A stretch of DNA of 64,000 nucleotides from a virus. The stretch is from IMG/VR virus record IMGVR_UViG_3300042923_000275, positions 4,059 through 68,058 of that record, one strand, 5' to 3'. Made by a program: the position numbers and the translations under genes. Positions 40,082 to 49,783 of the stretch are shown piece by piece (the first letter of the stretch is position 1; every line of letters starts with the position of its first letter). The notes under the pieces were generated by a model. That model was not told the origin of the DNA. It saw only the letters and a program-made list of their open reading frames with translations, and searched no databases.

Positions 40082-40344
40082 TTTATCTTCTCCTCCAGTA
40101 TGCATATCGCTCCGCCAACCGTTACCCCGTATTTGATGACTACGCACTCATCCTCGATGTCTCTGACGAATAGGTAGTTATCATCTTCCTCTTTCAATAA
40201 CTCCATTCGGTTTATAATGCCATCGAACATAACGTTTGCTATCTCTTTGACACATTCCTTCTGTGTGTCCGACTCATTGAATAATCTCTGACTGTTTCTG
40301 AGGTATTTGATCAGGCCACACACTGATATCTGCGATCTGGGCAT
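40078..40344 (-). CDS. hypothetical protein
   Basis: ORF track; GAGGA SD; stop coupled to the adk start. Confidence 0.6.
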   Translation of the reverse strand: MPRSQISVCGLIKYLRNSQRLFNESDTQKECVKEIANVMFDGIINRMELLKEEDDNYLFVRDIEDECVVIKYGVTVGGAICILEEKIK

Positions 40345-40354
40345 ATATATCCTC

Positions 40355-42931
40355 CTATACTAATTGAATTCTCGCATTATTATCGTGAGCATAGGCATTA
40401 TATATTTGGTCGTCCTTACGACCGCGATTCTTGTCTAGATAGATCAATAGGTTGCCCTTCTGTAGTCCGACGGCTTGTATCTGCTCATCCGTCTTCTGTT
40501 GCATAGTTATAAACACGTCTGAGTCCTGTGCTATTTCATAGCCGCCATATACATCCTCTGCTTGTGCCAAATCTTTGTTCTTCCCCTGCTTGCCTAATTG
40601 CGCAACATTTAATACCCCGATGTTTAACTCACCAGCCATCTCTTTCATGGTCTTCGATATTACACCTAATTCCTGGTACCTCTTTTCCGTCCTGCGCCCG
40701 GAGTACATTAATTGGATGTAATCGAATGCCACTACTCTCACTCCTTCAGATAGGACATATTTTCTAGTAATAGCCACTGCTTCCTCTATTGATCTCCCCT
40801 GTTCACATATGAATAGCGGCGATTGCCTTACTTTCAGCGCCCATTGTTGTAACATGTCATGTTGATCGGCCGTTAATGTACCGTCCATCATGGCATCCTG
40901 TGAGATACCACTTAATATTGCAAGATTTCTTAATGTCAATTCTTCGGCCGCCATCTCATACGAGAACCACAACAAAGGTGCCTGTTCTACTACCGCTATA
41001 TTGGTACACATCTCAGCTAGTAATTTTGATTTGCCGACACCTTGGTTAGCCGATATAGTGTGTAGTCTCTTTGGTTGTATTCCTCGTAATTGTTGAGATA
41101 ATGCATTCAACCTGTCACCAATATGAATACCTACCATCTTGTCTGGATTCATCATCCGGTCCTGAATTATGCTCATCGCCATGTCAATTTGTCTGCCGGA
41201 ATCGGCAACCTTATCATTGCCACTATTAACTATGATATTTGTTACCCTAGAATTAAACATTTCTATCGCCTGAGACGAATCGACATTGAGGTCATTCATT
41301 GAGCACCTCAATTCCTGAGCCAACATTGTTATCTTGCGTCTCATTGCCTTGTCCTCGACGTCATGTATGTGCCAATCGATGTTAGTGCCTAATATCTGTC
41401 CGATCTCTCGAATATATTCACCATTTTCGAGATGCCCAGCTATACCGCAGTTATTGGCTGTACCGATGACTGTCTCTATGCTGATATCTACTCCGCGCTT
41501 ATTGCACATATCTAGAAGCACCTGATATATCATCCTATGCTTTGCTAGATAGAAATCATCCACCTTTATCCTCTCTGCGACCTCTATTAGTCTATCCTTA
41601 TTTCTAATACACTCGCTGAGAATGATCTTTTCTCCGTCTACCGAATATAGCTGGAATTTGTTATCCCCGTTAGATTTGAAGAAATCTTCAACATAGGTCA
41701 TATCCAAGTTGAGTCGTGTAGCGATATCAGATATTGCCAATTTTCTCTCAATCTGGTCCGCATTGTTCACGAATGTCTGTACCTCTCTTAGTACATCCAT
41801 CCTCTCCGTCATTGTGGTAGTAGGCTTGTCTCTGAACACCTTGTCTATCACATATTGGATAGCATATACGGAATTATCTAATACCTCCTGCATCCTGGTG
41901 CGACCGAATGCGTTGAGAAATTCATCTGGATCGTATCCATGTATGTTTGCCACCCTGATTCTGATATCAGGTCTATTAGGCCCAAGATATTTATTGACTA
42001 TCAGCGATGTGGCATTTATTCCTGCGTCATCACCATCCAACAACAGGATGACTTCCTTGATCTTGAATGCTTGTAATAATTTGATTGTCTCATCGTTGAA
42101 TATCGTGCCCTTTAATCCTGCAGTGTTCTTAAACCCATGTTGGTGCATCTTGGCTACGTCGCCCTGTCCCTCGACGAGTATCAACTTGCCACCATTCTCT
42201 CGTACATATTTCCTGGCGATGTGGAATCCGTATATAGTATATTCATACAATGGCGAGTATTTAGATGTACCAATATACTTAGGGTCTTTCTCGTTCTTCC
42301 TTGTGAATGGTCTACCATATATCCGTACTGGCCTACCATATGGGTCGAAATCCGGGAACACTAGCGCATCGAAGAATATGTCATTTCGGTCCAATTCTAG
42401 CGATTTGAAGTCAGGCGATGTCGGAGAAGGACACGACGAATACCCGATTCTAAACTCCTTGATTATGTCATCGGTAAATCCGCGACCATGGAGATATTCT
42501 AGTTTTGATCTCGATATCTGATTTGACTCACTGAACAGACTATATTGGGCCGCCATCACGACTGAGTCCATGACACCGACCAGCCGTTCCCTTTCCTTCT
42601 CTTCTGGTGTCATATCTTGTAGGTACGGAGTCATGTCCATCCCGGATATCTCTGCATATTTGTGTATCGACTCGATGAATGACATGTTATATAACTTCAT
42701 CAGGAAACCGAACTCATCGTCGCCATCGTGGCAACCGAAGCAATAATACAACCCCTTAGATGGAGTTACCATTAGCGATGGTGTGTTCTCCTTGTGGAAG
42801 CAACATGACACTTTATATAGATCATTATTTACCTTCTCAAGTGGTAGTCCACACGATTGCATCAATTCCACTAGTGGTTTATCTGTCCTCAGCGCTGATT
42901 TCACTTGTTCTAGGTCTCGGAATTTACGCAT
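40355..42931 (-). CDS. fused DnaG primase - DnaB helicase
   Basis: CHC2 finger (CCFH...CFGC), TOPRIM (VEGQGD, DGDDAG), Walker A (QGVGKS), DYIQLM. Confidence 0.92.
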   Translation of the reverse strand: MRKFRDLEQVKSALRTDKPLVELMQSCGLPLEKVNNDLYKVSCCFHKENTPSLMVTPSKGLYYCFGCHDGDDEFGFLMKLYNMSFIESIHKYAEISGMDMTPYLQDMTPEEKERERLVGVMDSVVMAAQYSLFSESNQISRSKLEYLHGRGFTDDIIKEFRIGYSSCPSPTSPDFKSLELDRNDIFFDALVFPDFDPYGRPVRIYGRPFTRKNEKDPKYIGTSKYSPLYEYTIYGFHIARKYVRENGGKLILVEGQGDVAKMHQHGFKNTAGLKGTIFNDETIKLLQAFKIKEVILLLDGDDAGINATSLIVNKYLGPNRPDIRIRVANIHGYDPDEFLNAFGRTRMQEVLDNSVYAIQYVIDKVFRDKPTTTMTERMDVLREVQTFVNNADQIERKLAISDIATRLNLDMTYVEDFFKSNGDNKFQLYSVDGEKIILSECIRNKDRLIEVAERIKVDDFYLAKHRMIYQVLLDMCNKRGVDISIETVIGTANNCGIAGHLENGEYIREIGQILGTNIDWHIHDVEDKAMRRKITMLAQELRCSMNDLNVDSSQAIEMFNSRVTNIIVNSGNDKVADSGRQIDMAMSIIQDRMMNPDKMVGIHIGDRLNALSQQLRGIQPKRLHTISANQGVGKSKLLAEMCTNIAVVEQAPLLWFSYEMAAEELTLRNLAILSGISQDAMMDGTLTADQHDMLQQWALKVRQSPLFICEQGRSIEEAVAITRKYVLSEGVRVVAFDYIQLMYSGRRTEKRYQELGVISKTMKEMAGELNIGVLNVAQLGKQGKNKDLAQAEDVYGGYEIAQDSDVFITMQQKTDEQIQAVGLQKGNLLIYLDKNRGRKDDQIYNAYAHDNNARIQLV

Positions 42932-43574
42932 TAAAATGCCTCCTAGCCAAATTTTCTAGACGAGCATTCTCTTTCCGTTGCTCCCATCGTGCCATTATAG
43001 ATATTTTCTCTATCATACCCATATTGCTATCGCTCTGTTTGATTATGGGGTTAACCGCTTTGTTATCTAATTCGGACATACGCCTCATGTGTGCTTGCTT
43101 CTCCGACCATTCTCTCTGACATATTGCATACACATACGGTATCGTATATACACCAGCCTCTTTTGCTATCTTGACCGCCCTCGGTAGTTGCGATGCCATA
43201 CCGTCACTACATTTCGACAATTCTATCATTTGTAGCAACGCATCATAATTGTAATCTCCACATAATAGGCTGTTCTGCAAATATTCAAATACGGTGCCGA
43301 ACATGGTATCTAATATGTTCGGTGGATTGCTACTGCGTTTATTCGTAATTCTTCTGAGCGCCGGATAGTGATATGTGAAATCTGCATACCTATCTAGCTT
43401 GTCAGGCTTCGCCTTAGATATCATGTCCTCCATCATCTTTAATATCGGGTTTGGGTAATATGTTAGTATAGCCTGTTCCATGTGTATGGCCTCATTGGTT
43501 GATATATCTGCCCTCTCAGGCCATTTGCTATATAGTAACCTCGCTATCTTCCTGGCGTCCCCAGATAGATACAT
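42924..43574 (-). CDS. hypothetical replication-region protein
   Basis: 216-aa ORF coupled to its neighbours. Confidence 0.7.
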   Translation of the reverse strand: MYLSGDARKIARLLYSKWPERADISTNEAIHMEQAILTYYPNPILKMMEDMISKAKPDKLDRYADFTYHYPALRRITNKRSSNPPNILDTMFGTVFEYLQNSLLCGDYNYDALLQMIELSKCSDGMASQLPRAVKIAKEAGVYTIPYVYAICQREWSEKQAHMRRMSELDNKAVNPIIKQSDSNMGMIEKISIMARWEQRKENARLENLARRHFNA

Positions 43575-44149
43575 CAGTCCTTCACCTCGAACAGTTTGAT
43601 GCCAGCAGATTTGATGATCTGTATAGCCATTTCGGACGGTGTTACATCATTACTACTGTGTATCAGTTTAGTGTCGATGATAGCCTTATCTGCATATTCA
43701 TCATAGTATTTATTATTAATATCGAGTATGTTTCTTAATGACTGTTTTTCCAATGGGTTCTGATTAACTCTCGTTCTGTGCCTGATTTGCAATGTCTCCG
43801 GGTGTGCAACCAGCACGAATTGGATCGCGCCATACATCGATGCCAGTTTCTCGAATACTGATAGGCCACCAGATTCATATGACTCAGGGAACATCAGCTT
43901 CTCGGTTGTGACGAATCTATCGAATATTAAGGTTCTGTCCGAGTCGTGGTTGTGAAAGTGTTCCATGATCTTCAGTACCGACGCGTATTGTTTGTGCATC
44001 ATGTTACCACGCTCCGCCATCGACATACCAGTGTCCGTCGGCAATCCGGATAGCTTAATCAGAGTATGATATGATATCATGTCCTGTAATGCACGTACTA
44101 CCGATGTCTTTCCAACCAATTCTCCACCCTCAATAATAACGATAGGCAT
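43574..44149 (-). CDS. thymidylate-kinase-like dNMP kinase
   Basis: IIEGGELVGKTS P-loop, IFDRF. Confidence 0.75.
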   Translation of the reverse strand: MPIVIIEGGELVGKTSVVRALQDMISYHTLIKLSGLPTDTGMSMAERGNMMHKQYASVLKIMEHFHNHDSDRTLIFDRFVTTEKLMFPESYESGGLSVFEKLASMYGAIQFVLVAHPETLQIRHRTRVNQNPLEKQSLRNILDINNKYYDEYADKAIIDTKLIHSSNDVTPSEMAIQIIKSAGIKLFEVKD

Positions 44150-44155
44150 ATCATT

Positions 44156-45601
44156 CTACCCCCTATTTATTATGAATCTTGGTTCTGTTTGGTACATTCG
44201 TAACCTACAATTGAAATGATCTTCTAAATACCTACATTTATCATGATATTCTCTGACTATTGGTAATGGCTTGTCATATAATCTCAACGTTCGACCAACA
44301 CGCTGTAATGCTCGTACAGATGATTTACCACGACCAGCCAATAATATACTATCAAGTGGTTTGATATCTAGCCCCTCATCAGCAATTGTCGTGGCAATTA
44401 GACACTTTAGGTTTCTGTTACGCATCTCGCGGATGGCATCACCACGTACCGTACTGGAATCATTTCCCTGTAGGAACTCGTGTGGTATACCCTCTCTCTT
44501 TAGCATCGCCGATAGGATTTGACCATGCTTAATCTGCTTTACTAGTATCATACTGATCCTGTGCTGATTATATAGGTCTACGGCGTCCTGTACTACTATC
44601 TCATTATTTGCCTCGTTTTCTACCACCCATTGCTTGTATATCTGGTCATATGTACCGTGCACTGGTGCGCCTGTTACTGTTCTGACATTGATGGTAGGTT
44701 GCATCAAGTAGTTCATGTCAATCAGTTCGCTTGCCGACATCCTGAACACTTGGTGTCCATATGCGGCTTCTAGCATTATGTCCGCGCCATCATCTCTCCA
44801 TGGCGAAGCCGAAAAACCAACATAGTGTTCCGCGTTACGAACAAGCGATGCGACTTCAAAAGCCGAATCACTCGCGACACGATGCACCTCGTCTTGGATG
44901 AGCAACCCGACACTATCAATGAACCTTCGTAAAACTTGTTCTTTCCCATTGATATCCGTGTCGTCATTCTCGTCCTCTTCGGAATACGAGTCCTTTTTAT
45001 AATGAGTGCCCAAGATACGTGCCACTGTTTGGATCGTTCCGACAGTGATATCCCTGACATCTAGCACACCATCTCCTATCTGTCCGCAATCGTAATTCAT
45101 GAATTCACTATATGCTTCTCTGGCCTGTCTAAGTAAATCCTTGGTATGCACTAGGAATAGTGTTGGTGTGTTTAGTTGTGCAGTGATTATACAGGCCACT
45201 GGCGTCTTACCTCCGCCAGTGGCTATCCGAACTATCGACCTTTTAGCGTCTATTGCGGCCTGTGCCGCACTGAATTGATACCAGCGCGGTTCGAGTATAC
45301 TCGACATATCCAGAGGACTACCATGCACCGATCTCGTTGAGTTATCCTCTACGATCGTCTCATACCCCAAGCATAGCAACTTCGACTGAATCCTGTGCAA
45401 TAATCCTACCGGGAATGTGTTATACCTAGATTTATAGAGGCGTTTATATCCGTCCCAACGTCTCTTCTTAAATAGAGCACTATGTTCCGCCCCTTGAACT
45501 CTAAAAGAGCATTCATCACTCAATATCTGTTTGATTGAGTCCGATATCGGTGACTTGATTCTTGCTGTTGTGTTATCGATTGATATGGTAATGAAATCCA
45601 T
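44156..45601 (-). CDS. superfamily 2 helicase (UvsW-like)
   Basis: ATGGGKT, DEVH, SASP.R.D, EGLD, QRVGR.LR. Confidence 0.9.
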   Translation of the reverse strand: MDFITISIDNTTARIKSPISDSIKQILSDECSFRVQGAEHSALFKKRRWDGYKRLYKSRYNTFPVGLLHRIQSKLLCLGYETIVEDNSTRSVHGSPLDMSSILEPRWYQFSAAQAAIDAKRSIVRIATGGGKTPVACIITAQLNTPTLFLVHTKDLLRQAREAYSEFMNYDCGQIGDGVLDVRDITVGTIQTVARILGTHYKKDSYSEEDENDDTDINGKEQVLRRFIDSVGLLIQDEVHRVASDSAFEVASLVRNAEHYVGFSASPWRDDGADIMLEAAYGHQVFRMSASELIDMNYLMQPTINVRTVTGAPVHGTYDQIYKQWVVENEANNEIVVQDAVDLYNQHRISMILVKQIKHGQILSAMLKREGIPHEFLQGNDSSTVRGDAIREMRNRNLKCLIATTIADEGLDIKPLDSILLAGRGKSSVRALQRVGRTLRLYDKPLPIVREYHDKCRYLEDHFNCRLRMYQTEPRFIINRG

Positions 45602-45602
45602 T

Positions 45603-46025
45603 CTACCATCTGCTCCTATCCTGATTGGATGCATTCCTAGCCTGACCTACACTCTGCGCGTGCCCTTCCTTCACCTTTATTTCTCTGACAGTGATCATTC
45701 TAGATGATGTTTTGATCTTTACGTCCACTGCCTTAAGGATCCTCTCAAGTGCATCGCGCTTATCCATCATCAGTGTTTTGGCCTCTTTGCTGTTTTCACC
45801 AGTGATACTTCTTGTGTAGTGTACCGCGTAGTTATACAGTTCTGTCAGATAGGAATAATAATTCGTATATCTACGCAACTTCTCATCTAGGGTATTTAGG
45901 GCATCCAATCCCTCTGGCTGTTTCTCTACCTCTTCGGTGTAGTATTTGGCTAGTTGGTCCAGCATGTCCGAGAAGCCGATATACATTAAACTGGTCACTG
46001 TTACAGGCAATTTATCTTGTTCCAT
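45603..46025 (-). CDS. hypothetical coiled-coil protein
   Basis: ORF track; GGAGGT SD. Confidence 0.65.
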   Translation of the reverse strand: MEQDKLPVTVTSLMYIGFSDMLDQLAKYYTEEVEKQPEGLDALNTLDEKLRRYTNYYSYLTELYNYAVHYTRSITGENSKEAKTLMMDKRDALERILKAVDVKIKTSSRMITVREIKVKEGHAQSVGQARNASNQDRSRW

Positions 46026-46521
46026 TTCGCACCTCCATCTTTATTCGTTCCTTTACGTCCTTGGCAACCTTATCGCAATATTCGTTCTCAGGGACTCCAG
46101 TATGACCGTCGACATGTGCCCATTCGATCTTTATACCATGGTGTCTCCATATGTGCGCCACCAATGAATCGAGTTTCATGAACATCCTGGCATTTGGTCG
46201 TAACCCGTCTTCGCCCTTACCGACCCATCCTTTAGACTTCCATTTATGTATCCATCCGTCATTGAAGGCGCCAATGATATAATATGAGTCTGACACTACT
46301 AGAATCGATTCCACGGCACATCTGTTCATGCCTATGTATGCCATCAACATCTCGATCCCACCGATTACGGCCTGTAGTTCCATTGCGTTGTTCGATGTTA
46401 TTGGTTCACCTCCATATGAATTACATACTACTACGCCATCTTCCTTAAGGAGTGCGCACCAGCCACCGGGACCTAGACTATTTCCACATGACGAGCCATC
46501 TCCCCAAATTTCAAAATTCAC
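46012..46521 (-). CDS. rnhA: ribonuclease HI
   Basis: DGSS.GN..GPGGW, NNAMEL.A, DSYY, V.GH.G...NE.CD. Confidence 0.9.
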   Translation of the reverse strand: MNFEIWGDGSSCGNSLGPGGWCALLKEDGVVVCNSYGGEPITSNNAMELQAVIGGIEMLMAYIGMNRCAVESILVVSDSYYIIGAFNDGWIHKWKSKGWVGKGEDGLRPNARMFMKLDSLVAHIWRHHGIKIEWAHVDGHTGVPENEYCDKVAKDVKERIKMEVRNGTR

Positions 46522-46536
46522 GCCGTTTCACCTCTT

Positions 46537-47208
46537 CTATTTGTGTATTCCATAGAACGTTTTATGCGCTAAATCGACGCAATTATCACGATAGAATCTT
46601 ACAAAGTCATTGAGGTGCATGATAACCCAACCGCTACCATCTGCTTCATCCTCGAATCCGAATCTCCAGAATATAGTGTATAATTTAGATTGTCTAATGC
46701 CACGGAATCGTCGATCCATTATATATGACTTCTTTATTATGTAGTTCTTGTGATTTTTGGATTTACGTTTTAGCATGATATCATCATAATGCGGATTAAT
46801 ATATTCACATTGTTGTTCGAAGATATGAAGTAATCTCTCCGGCATCGCTATAAATTTATGTATCTCACCGAATAGGGTGAATGCCAATATTGGCATCTTG
46901 TTACTCTCTTCTGACCTAGTGAGTAATTTCTGTAGCCATTCGATCTTGATTGTGTATTCCTTATCGTTAGGATCGTCTGGTGTCATTGTCTTGCATTCAC
47001 ATAACCAATATCCGGAATTTTTGTCTTCCGTGTCCCTAACATCACACCAACCGAATACACTACTTACTCCAGACATAGGCACCCGGAACCAACCAAGTGC
47101 CTTTGCTATTGCTATTTCGAACGCTTTCCCACGTTCTTTATTGTTCTTATTCCTCTGAGCCTGTGGAGTCTTCGGACGCGATAAATGTGCCATCTTTCTT
47201 CGCCTCAC
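46537..47208 (-). CDS. PD-(D/E)xK nuclease, Holliday junction resolvase-like
   Basis: RGK.FE..IA...RVP.SG...D...ECK. Confidence 0.7.
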   Translation of the reverse strand: MRRRKMAHLSRPKTPQAQRNKNNKERGKAFEIAIAKALGWFRVPMSGVSSVFGWCDVRDTEDKNSGYWLCECKTMTPDDPNDKEYTIKIEWLQKLLTRSEESNKMPILAFTLFGEIHKFIAMPERLLHIFEQQCEYINPHYDDIMLKRKSKNHKNYIIKKSYIMDRRFRGIRQSKLYTIFWRFGFEDEADGSGWVIMHLNDFVRFYRDNCVDLAHKTFYGIHK

Positions 47209-48199
47209 TTACAACTTCATTAAGCATATCATGGATATCTTCAAATAGTGCTTTGTCGTTGTTAATCTCCGCAAACATTAATGCTTTACCCTGCCACTTC
47301 TTATCCCACTTCTCGGTCTTGAAGTAATACATAGAACTAGCCTGGTCTATTACCCCCCAAGCGATAGCCATCTCGATTATGCCGACTCTACTGTCTAGGC
47401 CTTTATAATAGTGAAGTGGGATTGACGCGGCCTTAAACGGAGGCGCATACTTATTCTTAACAACCTTGACCTTTAGATTGTGTCCAACCTGTAGTTTCCC
47501 CTCTTTGATTGGTTCACCTCTGCGTGCCTCGATACGTAAGGATGCGTAGAATTTCAGTGCTCTGCCTCCGGTAGTATACTCAGGACTACCATACATGACA
47601 CCTGGCTTCTCGCGTACTTGGTTGATGAAAATGACTGAAGTACGAGATTTTCTAGCTGATGTAGCTAGGATTGGGATCAATTCGGACATCATATTCGCTA
47701 ATGCAGCACGTTGAGACCCATCATCAAGCTTCTTGCCTAATAGGATTTTTGGTGTGAGGGCGGCAACGGAATCGACTACTATAACATCAAAGAGTTCCGA
47801 TTCGACCATATTTTTAATTATATGCATCGCCTGCTCACCGTAGTCCGGTTGATGAAACGATAATTCCTTGATGTTGACTCCGATAAGTTCTGCCAAAGAT
47901 AGGTTTAGTGCATGTTCTGCGTCCTCAAAATGACAGACTCCACCTAATTCCTGGGCCTTCGCAATAATATGTAGCGCAACAGTAGTTTTCCCGGCTCCTT
48001 CTCCACCATAGATCTCGATGATACAGCCGCGTGGTATTCCACCAACTCCGATAGCTTCATTCAGTCCGTGAATATCTGTTTTAATGATCATAGAATCGTC
48101 AATTGGTGGTGTGTCTCCTAGCATCATGACATTTGTGGTGAATTCCTTATTCGTCTTCTTCAAGAACTTATCTAGTTCTACCTTTCTCTTGTCATCCAC
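47147..48199 (-). CDS. recA: RecA/UvsX recombinase
   Basis: GGIPRG.IIEIYG.EG.GKTT, VVDSVAAL, FINQVR, GGRALKFYAS. Confidence 0.95.
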   Translation of the reverse strand: MDDKRKVELDKFLKKTNKEFTTNVMMLGDTPPIDDSMIIKTDIHGLNEAIGVGGIPRGCIIEIYGGEGAGKTTVALHIIAKAQELGGVCHFEDAEHALNLSLAELIGVNIKELSFHQPDYGEQAMHIIKNMVESELFDVIVVDSVAALTPKILLGKKLDDGSQRAALANMMSELIPILATSARKSRTSVIFINQVREKPGVMYGSPEYTTGGRALKFYASLRIEARRGEPIKEGKLQVGHNLKVKVVKNKYAPPFKAASIPLHYYKGLDSRVGIIEMAIAWGVIDQASSMYYFKTEKWDKKWQGKALMFAEINNDKALFEDIHDMLNEVVSEAKKDGTFIASEDSTGSEE

Positions 48200-48272
48200 T
48201 TTAACGCATCTCCTTCATAGATATCAAGCCGCAACCATTTCGATTGCGGCCCGATTCGAACCTATTTGTTTA

Positions 48273-49400
48273 TTATTTGCCGATCGCCTTAGCAAGTAGG
48301 GCATCGAGTTGTGCGTCTGTGTACGCCCGTAGGTCGAAGCTCGGATTAGGATTGGTTACTTCCCTCATGACCTCTACAACCCGTTGATAATTCTTGAATT
48401 CAGGGTTCTCGCGGATCACTTTATCGATCGCGGCTAGCTTCTCTTCACGCGATTGTGCATTGTTGGTTGGCGGAGTCGGTGGCGTCGGCAATGATTGCTC
48501 TGGTGCTGGTGAGGCCGTCGTTGGCGTCGTCGGCGTAGTTGTCTGTGCTGGCTGAGTCGGCGTTACAGGTGGCGTCACGGTCGTCGGCTGGACCGTCGAT
48601 TGCACAGGTGTCTGGGCAGGTGGCTGAGATACAACTGCTGTGCCTCCAGATATCAACTGATTCTGGATTGTTTGGCACATCCCCTTTAGATCCGCCATAC
48701 GTGCATTATTTGCCGCCCATGTAATCCATCCGGTGTCAATAGTAAACACTTCATGTAGCGTTTTCCCCTTATGCTTACTGAACGGCAACTTGAATGCCAA
48801 TGCCTCTTCGAGAGTGTAGATCTTCGGCGTGGTGATCGCGTCGAAATCGATACCGATATCGGCCAGTTCACGGCGAATTTGATCTTCCGGTGTCGGCTGG
48901 AACTCAGGTAAGTTATACAAATCCCACGGAATAGCTTCTTCGCTGCAGCCAGCTGGCAACCCCGGTTGACTACCCATTACTGGAGCGGCGAACCAGTTGG
49001 TCTCGCGGCCTGTCCCGACCTTACTAATCATCACGTCGTATCCTGATAGATGACCTGAAGTAAAGTGAAGTGCCTCAAGCTGATCCTTTAATTTGTTGCC
49101 GAAAGCGAATTTTTTCACCGCCCCATCGTCATATGACCACACATTGATCACATTCCGGAACGATACTGGTGCATTGGCGCGGTTGTTGTCGAATTTGCAA
49201 TTACCGGGACACACATACGATCTCATTGTTTCCGTTTCGTCCGCATTCACTTTAGTGATTTTGTGTTGAGGCACACTCAACGGCTGTTGATCGCCGAACA
49301 ATAGGACGCGTACACGTCTAGGTGCGCCAACTTGTACTACCAGATAATCGTTGCTACCTTCTGATTGATTTTGTTGATATGGATTTGTTCCCCAAGCCAT
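48273..49400 (-). CDS. putative single-stranded DNA-binding protein with extra domains
   Basis: gp32-like N-terminus (NVW..D, GYDV.I.K.G.G.ET), PF.KHKGK.L module, P/T/Q-rich linker; upstream of recA. Confidence 0.6.
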   Translation of the reverse strand: MAWGTNPYQQNQSEGSNDYLVVQVGAPRRVRVLLFGDQQPLSVPQHKITKVNADETETMRSYVCPGNCKFDNNRANAPVSFRNVINVWSYDDGAVKKFAFGNKLKDQLEALHFTSGHLSGYDVMISKVGTGRETNWFAAPVMGSQPGLPAGCSEEAIPWDLYNLPEFQPTPEDQIRRELADIGIDFDAITTPKIYTLEEALAFKLPFSKHKGKTLHEVFTIDTGWITWAANNARMADLKGMCQTIQNQLISGGTAVVSQPPAQTPVQSTVQPTTVTPPVTPTQPAQTTTPTTPTTASPAPEQSLPTPPTPPTNNAQSREEKLAAIDKVIRENPEFKNYQRVVEVMREVTNPNPSFDLRAYTDAQLDALLAKAIGK

Positions 49401-49512
49401 AATATTCCTCCTTAAATTTCGGACGGACTGATGCCGTCAAGATCGGGAGTCTTCTGAACTCCGTATATAATATCGATCTGCTTCTCTTGTCTGCTAAACA
49501 GAATATCTTTAG

Positions 49513-49549
49513 AAAAAGTGAGACTCACCGTTAGCGTCAGGTGAGTCTC
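49513..49549 (-). terminator. intrinsic terminator
   Basis: GAGACTCACC/GGTGAGTCTC 10-bp stem, then a U-run on the minus strand. Confidence 0.7.
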
Positions 49550-49571
49550 GAAGGATGGGAGAGTAATGAAA

Positions 49572-49777
49572 ATATGTGGGTTAGGATTTGCACCTAACAT
49601 GAGATATCTGCGTGTTAGTCGGCACTCATAACGAGGATATATGGTTTCATGATTTTCACGCAGTTTATTGGCTGTCCTACCTTCCGGCTATTTACCCGAC
49701 TTGTCTTACAGCGTAGGCTCGTGCATCAGCCATCCCTTAACCATTATTCGGCGTTTACCTATTCCGCCACCACATAT
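49572..49777 (-). ncRNA. tRNA-like RNA with a large central insert
   Basis: ATATGTGG/CCACATAT terminal stem, D-arm-like GGCGGAATAGGTAAACGC, T-arm-like GTTAGG-TGCAAAT-CCTAAC. Confidence 0.65.
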
Positions 49778-49783
49778 CTACCA

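Noticed and set aside
48225-48270. Possible tRNA from GGTTCGAATC on the minus strand
   Set aside because: No T-stem closure or cloverleaf; only a simple GCCGCAA/TTGCGGC hairpin follows.
49412-49600. 62-aa ORF in the track
   Set aside because: It overlaps the tRNA-like T arm and a terminator and has no SD, so it is likely spurious.
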